In this document: piece after piece, positions 10,218 through 19,076 of the stretch | How positions within the stretch are numbered: the stretch's first letter is position 1 | How the letters are laid out: the number at the start of each line of letters is the position of its first letter | Source of the DNA: an uncultured Anaerolineales bacterium | GTDB lineage: Bacteria; Chloroflexota; Anaerolineae; Anaerolineales; UBA11858 | Length of the DNA: 64,000 nucleotides | Reading direction: 5' to 3' | Assembly: GCA_964629085.1 (NCBI GenBank) | Contig: CAZVPR010000006.1 | Coordinates: forward strand, 21,122-85,121 | The notes under the pieces: model-generated | The model's database searches: none | What the model saw: the letters and a program-made list of their open reading frames with translations, nothing else | Told to the model about the DNA's origin: nothing | Made by a program: the position numbers and the translations under genes

Positions 10218-11450
10218 ATGGAAAACAACCCCTTGGAAAACTCTCGAATCTTGTTGGGTGTTACAGGCAGCATCGCCGCGTATAAAGCGGCGGACTTGGC
10301 CAGCAAGCTCACCCAAAGTGGCGCAATCGTCAAAGTTATTATGACCGAAGCAGCCACGAAATTCATATCACCATTATCATTTCAATCGGTAACTGGGCAA
10401 CCAGCTTATACAGATTCCGATCTTTGGGGTGCTCAGGCACATGTCCTGCATGTAGGATTAGCCCATGAAGCTGAACTACTGCTTATCGCCCCCACAACGG
10501 CTCAGACCATGGCCAAACTAGCAAGTGGCAGTGCCGATGATTTGCTGAGCCTGACAGCCCTGGCACTGGGTACCGGGGATGGGATTCCCCCTCTGGTGAT
10601 CGCCCCGGCCATGGATGCCGGCATGTTCAGCCACGCCGCCACGCAAGAAAATGTCCGCATCCTCAAAGAACGGGGAGTAATTTTTATTGGCCCTGAAGAA
10701 GGCCACCTGGCATCGGGCCTGGTCGCCAAGGGGCGCATGAGTGAGCCCAGCGATATCCTAAGTTTTGTGCGAACACTATTAGCCAGGCATGGTCCATTAG
10801 CAGGCAAACACATCGTTGTTACGGCGGGGGCAACGCAGGAGCCCCTGGACCCGGTACGGTATTTAACAAATCGATCATCGGGAAAACAAGGGTATGCTCT
10901 AGCACAGTCAGCGAGTGATTCGGGCGCAAACGTCACCCTGATCAGCGGGCCATCCAACCTGACACCACCTGCAGAAATAGAGTTCATTTCGGTTCAGACA
11001 GCGGAAGAGATGTTGGCAGCGACGCTTGAAACGTGCAAAAATGCCGATGCCCTGCTCATGGCGGCTGCTGTAGCTGATTTTCGCCCCAGCCAAACACGCT
11101 CACATAAGATCAAAAAGAGTACAGGGGCTCCAACAATCGAGTTAACATCCAATGCGGATATTTTGAAAAGGATCAATGAACAACGTCAAACGACTGGTTC
11201 TCCCAAAGTGATGGTCGGGTTTGCCGCTGAAAGTCAGGATTTGCTCGAAAATGCTCAAGCCAAACTGAAAGCCAAAAACCTCGATCTGATTGCAGCCAAC
11301 AACATCAGCAGCCAGGATGCCGGTTTTGCCGTCGATACCAACCGCGTCACGCTGATCTACGCTGATGACAACCACGAAGAACTGCCGCTGATGAGCAAAT
11401 CTGACGTTGCAAAAGTTATCATAGCGCGCATTACTCCCCTGCTTTCATAG
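10218..11450 (+). CDS. coaBC: Bifunctional phosphopantothenoylcysteine decarboxylase/ligase
   Basis: GVTGSIAAYKA, APAM, VTAGATQEPLDPVRYLTNRSSGKQG, AAAVADF and VGFAAES motifs. Confidence 0.95.
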   Translation: MENNPLENSRILLGVTGSIAAYKAADLASKLTQSGAIVKVIMTEAATKFISPLSFQSVTGQPAYTDSDLWGAQAHVLHVGLAHEAELLLIAPTTAQTMAKLASGSADDLLSLTALALGTGDGIPPLVIAPAMDAGMFSHAATQENVRILKERGVIFIGPEEGHLASGLVAKGRMSEPSDILSFVRTLLARHGPLAGKHIVVTAGATQEPLDPVRYLTNRSSGKQGYALAQSASDSGANVTLISGPSNLTPPAEIEFISVQTAEEMLAATLETCKNADALLMAAAVADFRPSQTRSHKIKKSTGAPTIELTSNADILKRINEQRQTTGSPKVMVGFAAESQDLLENAQAKLKAKNLDLIAANNISSQDAGFAVDTNRVTLIYADDNHEELPLMSKSDVAKVIIARITPLLS

Positions 11451-11466
11451 CCCTTGGAGTCCCTCC

Positions 11467-12456
11467 ATGAAACTCAACAATACCATTACAGATGTGGAAG
11501 GCATCCAGGTCGGCCATGCCCATGATTTGGAAGCCCTGACGGGTTGCACAGTAATTCTATGCAAAGAGGGAGCCATTGGAGGCGTAGATCAACGTGGAGG
11601 CGCACCAGGCACGCGCGAGGTAGATGGAATGCATCCCATGCACCTGGTCAACCAGGTACATGCAATCGTGCTCTCAGGGGGTTCTGCTTTTGGACTGGAT
11701 TCTGCCTCCGGAGCCGTCCGCTTTTTGGAGGCACAAGGCGTGGGCTTCGACGTTCGAGTGGCGCGGGTCCCCATAGTTCCGGCGGCCATCCTTTTCGATT
11801 TAGGCATTGGCCGCGCTGATGTCCGTCCTGATCCCGAAATGGGGTACCAGGCCTGCCTAAATGCCAGCAATGCCCCACCCGCCGAAGGAAATGTTGGCGC
11901 CGGCGCCGGCGCGACAGTTGGCAAAATTATGGGCATGAGCCAAGCCATGAAATCGGGCATTGGCACAGCCAGCATGGAAATTGGCAACGGCGTCATCGTG
12001 GGTGCAATTGTAGCTGTCAATGCCTTTGGTGATGTCATCAATCCCCAAAATGGGGCCATCATTGCCGGGGCGCGGTCAGTCGACGTGGGACCTTTGCATA
12101 TCGACGATGCAGGCTATTTCGCCAACACAATGCTTGTGATGAAATCCCTGGTCGGCAAGACAATGCTCGGATTCGCCAGCCGGGAAAACACCGTGATAGG
12201 CGTCGTGGCAACCAACGCTGACCTGAACAAGGAAGACATCAACAAAGTGGCCCAAATGGCCCATGACGGCCTGGCACGTACTGTCTGTCCGGCGCACACC
12301 ATGGTCGATGGTGACACCATTTTTGCATTGGCCACCGGCAAGAAACCAGCCGACGTAAATATTATCGGCGCGTTCGGTGCGGAAGTTTTCGCCCAGGCAG
12401 TACTGCGCGCAGTCTACAATGCTGAATCGGTTGGCGGCCTGCCAGCCGCAAAATAA
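11467..12456 (+). CDS. P1 family (DmpA-like, S58) peptidase
   Basis: ITDVEGIQVGH, RGGAPGTRE, LSGGSAFGL, GNVGAGAGA, NTVIGVVATNA and HTMVDGDTIFALATG. Confidence 0.9.
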   Translation: MKLNNTITDVEGIQVGHAHDLEALTGCTVILCKEGAIGGVDQRGGAPGTREVDGMHPMHLVNQVHAIVLSGGSAFGLDSASGAVRFLEAQGVGFDVRVARVPIVPAAILFDLGIGRADVRPDPEMGYQACLNASNAPPAEGNVGAGAGATVGKIMGMSQAMKSGIGTASMEIGNGVIVGAIVAVNAFGDVINPQNGAIIAGARSVDVGPLHIDDAGYFANTMLVMKSLVGKTMLGFASRENTVIGVVATNADLNKEDINKVAQMAHDGLARTVCPAHTMVDGDTIFALATGKKPADVNIIGAFGAEVFAQAVLRAVYNAESVGGLPAAK

Positions 12457-12487
12457 AGGGCAAAACCCTGGGCTAAACGAATTTTCG

Positions 12488-12516
12488 TTGACAAAAAAAT
12501 AAGAGCATAGTAATAT
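12488..12516 (+). promoter_or_regulatory. Sigma70-type promoter of the tRNA gene
   Basis: TTGACA (12488-12493), 17-nt spacer, TAATAT (12511-12516), lying 12 nt upstream of the tRNA. Confidence 0.65.
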
Positions 12517-12528
12517 TCTCCCCGCTTA

Positions 12529-12603
12529 GGCGAGGTAGCTCAGTGGAAGAGCAGGGGACTCATAAGCCCTTGGCCGTGGGTTCGACTCCCACCCTCGCCA
12601 CCA
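12529..12603 (+). tRNA. tRNA with CAT anticodon (elongator tRNA-Met most likely; Ile2 not excluded)
   Basis: Cloverleaf: GGCGAGG/CCTCGCC acceptor stem, GCTC/GAGC D arm, CTCATAA anticodon loop, GTGGG-TTCGACT-CCCAC T arm, encoded CCA. The paired G1-C72 argues against initiator tRNA. Confidence 0.93.
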
Positions 12604-12609
12604 AACAGG

Positions 12610-12638
12610 GCCCTGTAACTGTGAAGTTCAGGGCTTTT
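12610..12638 (+). terminator. Putative terminator after the tRNA
   Basis: gccctg.aact-gtga-agtt.cagggc hairpin followed by tttt. Confidence 0.5.
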
Positions 12639-12665
12639 CGTTTACTTTCATGCTGGGTCAATTCG

Positions 12666-14621
12666 ATGAATTTTAGGAAATGGATTATTCTGGCAATCGC
12701 GGAGGGGCTTATTTGCATATTGGTTTTATTGATCCCAGCCAGCGAGGCTTCAGCCACTGTTTTCCTGCGGTATTCATTCCAACGCCTGGTGCTGGTCTTT
12801 GCTGTTGTTGGGATCATAGCTGTAATTCTCTTTTTTAACCATTTAGCCAGCCGCCAATCACCGGCATTGGAAAAGCCCAGAAATCGACTGCTAGAGTTTT
12901 TGCAAACCGAAACCAACGTTAGGGGATTGTTGCTTGTGGGTACCTCCGGTGCCCTGGTCTGCCTTTACCTGCTCATTTCCTGGTCCACAATCGATCCCTT
13001 ATACCAGGGCATCATCCTAAAGATTACCCCGATCTTGATTTGGTTCTTATTGATCGGCGTCCAAACGGTCTTTGGCATTGTTTCTTGGGGCAATGATTAC
13101 AACCGAGAATATCAGACCGAAATAATCCCCATCAATCAATCCGTGGATTTCATCAGAGAGATTGGAATTGAAATATTTGTACTCCTTGTAATCATTGGAT
13201 CTCAATTGGCCTACATCCCACACCGCTTTTGGGAAATTCGGCCGCTGGTTTTGAAGTTTTCCCCGTTGATCATTTTTGGATTGATCGTCCTTGCCAGACT
13301 AATCCCCAAGGCTTACCAGAAAATCTCGAAGCATCAACCCATTAAATTCGTTTTTGCGGGCGTCCTGCTGATTGGCTTTATCACTCTGGGAGCGACCTTT
13401 TACAATACGGCAGAAAAACACTCCCGTGAAGTAAACTCGGACTTGCTGGCCGATCAAAGCGCGTACGTCAAATTTTCCTACAAGGCAGCCGAATCAGGGT
13501 TCCGGTACACTGGCAACCGCAATCAAATGCCCCTGTATTTATTTTTACAGGCCTTGTTCATCAATCCAGATAACGATCGTGAGCAGACTTTTTGGGTGGG
13601 AAAACAAGTCAACATCGTTTTGACGATCATCCTTTTGGTTGCGCTATTTTTTTTCGTCCGAAAATATCTTCCACTATTTGAAACAACTCTCCTGGTATTG
13701 ATCACAGCTTTTTCGGTCTTCATCTTTAAATCGGCCTATTTCACAGCGGAAAACTTGTATTATTTCTTGAGTTTCGTGGGTTTTGCGATGATGTGCCGTA
13801 TGCTGATAAAGCCTAATCTTTCGCTGGCATTGGTGACTGGCTTCGTCTTGGGATTGGGTCATCTAACTAAGGCATCCATCATCCCCGGACTGATGATTTT
13901 TTTGGTTGTATACGCGATCAAATTGATCTTCGAGAAATTCGAAAATTGGAGAAGCAAATTAATCCAGGGTTTTGTGGTGCTGGCCGTTTTTATGGTCACA
14001 TTGCTTCCATACGGTTTGGAAAGTAAAAAAACATACGGAGATTTCTTCTACAATGTCAATTACATCGTGATGTGGTATGACACCTGGGAGCAAGCTGTGG
14101 CCCAGGCCGACCATTCATCGGGAGACCCAGAATGGCATAAGATACCTTCAGAGGAAATCTCCGGGCCAAGGAAATACCTCCAGGAACACTCAGCCGCCCA
14201 AATACGAGATCGCATTTTTTATGGTATTCAACGGCAGACCGAGAATATTCGCTATCAGTTCAATTTCTTCAATTATCCCGTTATCTATTTTCTGGCGGTT
14301 GGACTATTGTTTTTATTTCATGCCAATAATGGCTGGCAATTGATAAAAGGATATTATTTCCTGATTGGATTTGTCCTGCTTTTTCTGGTCGGATATTTCA
14401 GTTCCTTCGTTTGGTATTCTGCCATTGCCAGCCTTTGGCGTTTTATATACGGGCTGCACCTGCCATTTATGTTCAGCATGTACATCAGCATCAACTGTCT
14501 TGTTGGGAAACCGGAAAACCATTTATCAAGGCTGATCAATTTCATCGTGACAATTATGCTTGTGTTGGATATCTGGTATGTTCTTGAGATTGGTTTATTC
14601 TTACAAAACTTTGCTTCATAA
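12666..14621 (+). CDS. Polytopic membrane protein, GT-C fold glycosyltransferase-like (ArnT/PMT family)
   Basis: Many TM helices, acidic DQSAY in the first large loop, RNQMPLY, AENLYY and HLTKAS patterns typical of GT-C proteins. The track start at 12543 lies inside the tRNA, so the ATG at 12666 is used. Confidence 0.6.
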   Translation: MNFRKWIILAIAEGLICILVLLIPASEASATVFLRYSFQRLVLVFAVVGIIAVILFFNHLASRQSPALEKPRNRLLEFLQTETNVRGLLLVGTSGALVCLYLLISWSTIDPLYQGIILKITPILIWFLLIGVQTVFGIVSWGNDYNREYQTEIIPINQSVDFIREIGIEIFVLLVIIGSQLAYIPHRFWEIRPLVLKFSPLIIFGLIVLARLIPKAYQKISKHQPIKFVFAGVLLIGFITLGATFYNTAEKHSREVNSDLLADQSAYVKFSYKAAESGFRYTGNRNQMPLYLFLQALFINPDNDREQTFWVGKQVNIVLTIILLVALFFFVRKYLPLFETTLLVLITAFSVFIFKSAYFTAENLYYFLSFVGFAMMCRMLIKPNLSLALVTGFVLGLGHLTKASIIPGLMIFLVVYAIKLIFEKFENWRSKLIQGFVVLAVFMVTLLPYGLESKKTYGDFFYNVNYIVMWYDTWEQAVAQADHSSGDPEWHKIPSEEISGPRKYLQEHSAAQIRDRIFYGIQRQTENIRYQFNFFNYPVIYFLAVGLLFLFHANNGWQLIKGYYFLIGFVLLFLVGYFSSFVWYSAIASLWRFIYGLHLPFMFSMYISINCLVGKPENHLSRLINFIVTIMLVLDIWYVLEIGLFLQNFAS

Positions 14622-14726
14622 GAAAAATCCACACCCAGATCTATTGGATGCCAGGATGAAGCCATCACATTTTGGCAAGAGTATTTATCCAAACAACCCG
14701 GTTTCTTTTGCGTCTTTTCATCGAAT

Positions 14727-15584
14727 TCACAGAAAGCGTTTTGAATGATAAAAAGGCTCTAAGCGTTTGCCTGCGCCCAGGATTTCCCCCCGCTCCCACA
14801 TCTGGCGATGGGCTATTGCTTGTTCAGCACGCCCGGTTTTGTCTTGTTGCCATGTTTTACGCAGAAAGGCGTAATCATAGAGGATCATCCGCAATTGTTT
14901 TTCGTCCAAGCTGTATCCTGGGCGCAAACTCCAATAACACTGAACCGCATCCTTGACAAGCAGAGGGGGTAATTGCAAATTAGAAACCAGAGGCTTGGCT
15001 GTACTCAAAAAAACGGACGCAGGAGGAAAATCTTCTCCATATAGTGCAAGCAAAGCTTCATGATAGGTATTTGCGCCAGAATTATTTGCAGCTTCGAGTA
15101 GCCATTCCCATGGTGAACCCAAATCGGGAACCACATAGAACCAAAGTGTGTGAGCATCATCTGCGGTCGTTTCAGCAATTAGTTTTTCCCCAATATCTTT
15201 AAGCTGAGGAATGTACTGACTGCAAGCCATTCTCACCCGCCAACCTGAACTCCTATAATGTTCAATGGCCACAGATCCAGCTATCCGCTCTTCAACTTGA
15301 TCCCATATATCTTTGTGGGTAGTGGTTGCCAGAAATTGGGTTGGATCTTTCAGGGGTACAAAAAGATGTTTGATCCCATGTGTGAAGAACAATTCGACAC
15401 ATCGATGCAACTCCCACCAAATCCAATTGACAAAATCATCTCCAGAAATTGGAACATCTGCAAGCTCAGCCGCGCTGCGCGCCCCCGAAACAGCATAAAT
15501 AAGGGTTTTAGGTGCATGGGGACGAACTTCCACCAAAGATGCTTCAGAGAATTCTCGTAGAGAGGGAGTAGGTTCTGTTTTCAT
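14727..15584 (-). CDS. Rv3378c-like (tuberculosinyl transferase / cis-prenyltransferase fold) protein, paralog B
   Basis: Recalled similarity to M. tuberculosis Rv3378c: EF...PK, LFFTHGIKHL, LYGE, LRMILYDYAFLR (Rv3378c LRRILYDHIYLR) and C-terminal ILGAG...FY. Clear paralog of 18198-19076. Confidence 0.72.
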   Translation of the reverse strand: MKTEPTPSLREFSEASLVEVRPHAPKTLIYAVSGARSAAELADVPISGDDFVNWIWWELHRCVELFFTHGIKHLFVPLKDPTQFLATTTHKDIWDQVEERIAGSVAIEHYRSSGWRVRMACSQYIPQLKDIGEKLIAETTADDAHTLWFYVVPDLGSPWEWLLEAANNSGANTYHEALLALYGEDFPPASVFLSTAKPLVSNLQLPPLLVKDAVQCYWSLRPGYSLDEKQLRMILYDYAFLRKTWQQDKTGRAEQAIAHRQMWERGEILGAGKRLEPFYHSKRFL

Positions 15585-15886
15585 TCTTGGTTTCTCAATC
15601 CGTTGATTTGCTATCCGGACACAGCAATTTTGGGAATGCGACCCTTTGGTCTGTTTTCTGAATCAAGTGTAGAATCGCCTGTCATTGATCCCTAATTTAG
15701 AATTATTTTTCCATGGTATCAAATTTTGGGTAATTATACGATTGTCCTTGTATAACAGCAATGAATTCCTTAAAATCTTAGCATTGCACTTTGCAGAAAT
15801 AGGACGCTGCGCAGGAAATAATTTTGAAAAGCAGAGCGCAATTTGATAGAATTACAGAAACGAATTGCAGAGGAGAGGATAGCAGT

Positions 15887-16480
15887 ATGCCCCAAATGCT
15901 AATTGCGACAACGAATCGTTTGAAAGCTCAGCTTTATACTCCAATTTTCGAACAATACAGTTTTGATGTAATTACTCTCAACGAGATACTTTCATCAGGA
16001 CTTCCACCAGTCGAAGATGGTCTTACAGCTGTCGATAATGCAGTCATCAAAGCGCGCCATTATCATTCACCAGAAAATTCGTGGGTTTTTGGGGATGATG
16101 TCGGTTTAGAGATTCAAGCGCTAAACAATGAACCCGGCGTTCAGCAGCGCCGATGGGGAGGAAGGTTTTCTGACGACGTCGATGATCAGGATTGGCTCAA
16201 TTACCTTTTAGATCGCATGCGTAACATATCCCCATCAGAGCGAACAGCTGAATTTGTAGACGGTTGGGCGCTTATTGACCCTGAAGGGAATGTTCATACC
16301 CGCGAATTACGGGTATCTTTCGAGATTGCTGAAGAGCCTATCCGCTCAATGGTTCCAGGCTCTCCTGTGATGGCAGTCGCGATTGGCCTGCCTCAAAAAC
16401 CGGCTGAGATGTTTGCTCTAACCAAAAATAAATGGGATGAATGGGGTATTTTATCCGAGTTGTTAGATTCTGGGAGATAA
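15887..16480 (+). CDS. Ham1/ITPase-like NTP pyrophosphatase (divergent)
   Basis: LIATTNRLK, EDGLTAVDNAVIKA and DDVGLEIQALNNEPGV motifs. RBS before the ATG at 15887. Lacks the FGYDP and SHR motifs. Confidence 0.75.
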   Translation: MPQMLIATTNRLKAQLYTPIFEQYSFDVITLNEILSSGLPPVEDGLTAVDNAVIKARHYHSPENSWVFGDDVGLEIQALNNEPGVQQRRWGGRFSDDVDDQDWLNYLLDRMRNISPSERTAEFVDGWALIDPEGNVHTRELRVSFEIAEEPIRSMVPGSPVMAVAIGLPQKPAEMFALTKNKWDEWGILSELLDSGR

Positions 16481-16491
16481 GGAAAACAAAG

Positions 16492-17745
16492 ATGGGAACA
16501 CAAACAGATGTTCAACTTGCCGTAGAAAGTCAAGTGCAAATGATCAAGCAATTGATTGCTGGTCTTAGGCCACAAATTCAAAAGGCCATCAGTGGAGATG
16601 TTGCCAATAATTTGGAAAGGATTTATTTAGTAGGGTGCGGCGATTCCTATTACGCATCGTTGGGTGTGCGCATGTTTTTTGAGAAATATATAGGAATACC
16701 AACGGAGCCTGTGCCAGCAATGCAATTTTCCCGCTATATTGTTGATCATATCCCTAAAAACTCGCTAGTGATTGCAGTATCAAATGGGGGCCGGGTTTCG
16801 CGCACGATAGAGGCGGTAGTTCGCGCTCGAAAGCGAGGAATTCTCACAATTGCTGCTACGGGTTATCCGGATAGACCGTTGGCACAAAAGGCCGATGCTA
16901 CGATCCTTGGAAATTTACCGAATGTGCGTGAAGCCATGGACGCGTTAAAAAAAGCTGTCGAATCGGGGAAATTATCCAGCAATGATATGCAGCTATCAAA
17001 ACCAGGGGCAGCCTTGCGGGTTGCGGAGGTTTTAGGCATAGGCGGCGATGTAAGTTTGCTGCTGCTCAGTTTGGCAGCCTACATGGCAAGCATTGTCACA
17101 TTGTATTTACTGGGCATTCACATCGCAAAGCTGCGCGGTGCGCAAAACGAGAATGAGGCATCAAAACTGGAAAATGAAATGTTACGATTTGCCGAAATTC
17201 TTTACCCAACTACCTCTCTGAATACACCAAAAGCAAATGCCTTAGCAAAAACCTTTGAGCAACACGACACATTCATAATTTTGGGCAGCGGCCCAAGTTA
17301 TGCTACCGCTCTGGTTGCGGCAGCCAAATTGTTCGAATTACCACAGCTAAATGGCGTTCCACAAGAATTGGAAGAGTGGGCCCATCAGCAATTCTTCTTC
17401 ACCCGGCCCGGAAAAAGCATAATCTTTGTCATAGTGCCGCCAGGCAATAGCCGCGATCGAGCAATTGAGCAGATCAAAGGCATGAAAGAGCTAGGAGCCA
17501 CAGTGATAGCAATATGCGATGCTGCAGATGACGAGATACTCGCATTAGCCGATGATGCTATGCCAATACAGGGACAAATGCTAGAAGAATTCACACCATT
17601 GGCGTATGTGATTCCTGGTCAATTGTTCGCGTTTTCCATCTTGCATTCACGGGGACAGCCACCAATGCCACCACCACTAGATTTTCAACGGTTGATGGAA
17701 ATCAATTTCAAACAAATCTATCAAAGTAACATTTGGGATGAGTAA
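16492..17745 (+). CDS. Double SIS-domain sugar-phosphate isomerase/deglycase-like protein (GlmS/FrlB/AgaS-like)
   Basis: IYLVGCGDS, AVSNGGRVSRTIEA, LGSGPSYATA and EEWAH motifs. No glutaminase domain. Starts 11 nt after the Ham1-like stop. Confidence 0.8.
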   Translation: MGTQTDVQLAVESQVQMIKQLIAGLRPQIQKAISGDVANNLERIYLVGCGDSYYASLGVRMFFEKYIGIPTEPVPAMQFSRYIVDHIPKNSLVIAVSNGGRVSRTIEAVVRARKRGILTIAATGYPDRPLAQKADATILGNLPNVREAMDALKKAVESGKLSSNDMQLSKPGAALRVAEVLGIGGDVSLLLLSLAAYMASIVTLYLLGIHIAKLRGAQNENEASKLENEMLRFAEILYPTTSLNTPKANALAKTFEQHDTFIILGSGPSYATALVAAAKLFELPQLNGVPQELEEWAHQQFFFTRPGKSIIFVIVPPGNSRDRAIEQIKGMKELGATVIAICDAADDEILALADDAMPIQGQMLEEFTPLAYVIPGQLFAFSILHSRGQPPMPPPLDFQRLMEINFKQIYQSNIWDE

Positions 17746-17854
17746 AATTCCCGCCCCTCGTTCCCTCGATGGCAGCAGTTTTCTTGACCGCCTAATAACT
17801 CTCAAACATTAAAATTTATACAGAATTCTTACTCGGAGGGATAAACACTGGCGA

Positions 17855-18229
17855 TCATACTGGTGATGCGAAAATTTTTGCGACGATATTTCGTAATTCC
17901 GCAAATCCAATTGGTTTTTGCTTAGCAAATGCAATCCTGGGATCTGTGGCGGCATTTTCTATCCATTCACCAAATGTTGATACAACAATAAGTTTAGCGT
18001 GATTCAAGCGTCCATCAGATTTGATATATTCCAATACATGATGCCCCGATTTAATGGTCAGGTGTAATTCCAGGATCACTATTTCTGGAATATTGTGTTG
18101 CAGCCAATCTATTGCATCCCTACCATTGGTCACCAATTCAACGTTGAAATTTTCTTCTAGTGCAATTTTGTAGGCATATGCTAAATTAGTATCCCCTTCA
18201 ACGAGAAGTATAACTGGCTTTATTTTCAT
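17855..18229 (-). CDS. Single-domain receiver lacking the phospho-acceptor Asp (pseudo-receiver)
   Basis: CheY-like pattern ILLVEGD...IVILELHL...VVST...KPIG, with Glu at the canonical Asp site. Confidence 0.8.
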   Translation of the reverse strand: MKIKPVILLVEGDTNLAYAYKIALEENFNVELVTNGRDAIDWLQHNIPEIVILELHLTIKSGHHVLEYIKSDGRLNHAKLIVVSTFGEWIENAATDPRIAFAKQKPIGFAELRNIVAKIFASPV

Positions 18230-19076
18230 TATCGTTCTCTTTAGCCTCTGCAGGAAAGACTGGATACCAAAAGGGGCCGACTCTTTTCCCTAAACCCATT
18301 ATCGCATCAGTGTGCATTTCATCCAAAGTCAAATCGGTCTGTTCATCAACTTCAGGATTTCGTGTTATCACAAAATCGTATAGTATCTTTAGGATATCAA
18401 TTTCGTCAGTTAGATAGCCTGGTTTCTGAAGCCAATAGGTACTCGCGAATTCTGCCATCAAAATGGGAGGGCAAACCACAGCGGAGATTACTGGTTTGCC
18501 AAAGCCAACGAATAATTCCACAGGAGGGATTTCCTGGCCAAATTGTTTCTGAATGAGTTCGGCCTGGGTCGTCGCGCCTGGCCGTGCTGCTTTCAGCAAG
18601 TTTTCATAATGGACGCCATAGGTAGAAGTTGCAAAAAAATAAACTGTAACTGAATACTCTTCGTCTGAGAACGTATCATTCAGATTATTTCCAGTAGTTG
18701 CTAATTCTTGAATGTGATCATCCCAAATTAAACAACATTTCCAACCTAATTTTTTGAAAATCGCAATAGATTTTTCGCTGGCTAGGCCCTTCGCAACCAT
18801 GGAAACCAGGCCTTCGCGGTATCCCGAGGTAGTTTCAGCCCATTGTGTTGGAACTATGGCATGTGTAATAATGTGTTGAACCCCATACTTGGCAAATAAT
18901 GAAAAACACTTGATCATCTGCGCAAAAGACCAAGATACATATTCGTCTTGGTCCATTATGCCCGCCAGTGCAGCAGCTCTGCGCGTGCCCCCCGCAGCGA
19001 ATATGATAGATTTTGGAGCTAAAAGCGATATTTGTTCAACAGGAGTATCTCGGAACTCATCAAAAGAAATTTTCAT
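18198..19076 (-). CDS. Rv3378c-like (tuberculosinyl transferase / cis-prenyltransferase fold) protein, paralog A
   Basis: ISFDEFRDTPV...PK...GGTRR (Rv3378c VSEKEFLDLPL...PK...DGTRR), LFVGFGK (MFIGFGR), LKILYD and IMGLG...FWY. Located in an operon with a class II cyclase. Confidence 0.78.
   Translation of the reverse strand: MKISFDEFRDTPVEQISLLAPKSIIFAAGGTRRAAALAGIMDQDEYVSWSFAQMIKCFSLFAKYGVQHIITHAIVPTQWAETTSGYREGLVSMVAKGLASEKSIAIFKKLGWKCCLIWDDHIQELATTGNNLNDTFSDEEYSVTVYFFATSTYGVHYENLLKAARPGATTQAELIQKQFGQEIPPVELFVGFGKPVISAVVCPPILMAEFASTYWLQKPGYLTDEIDILKILYDFVITRNPEVDEQTDLTLDEMHTDAIMGLGKRVGPFWYPVFPAEAKENDNENKASYTSR

Noticed and set aside
12543-12665. N-terminal extension of the 692-aa ORF
   Set aside because: It overlaps the tRNA and its terminator. 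The ATG at 12666 is the plausible start.
15611-15685. 24-codon minus-strand uORF upstream of Rv3378c-like paralog B
   Set aside because: It is short, out of frame with the downstream gene, and has no recognisable motif.
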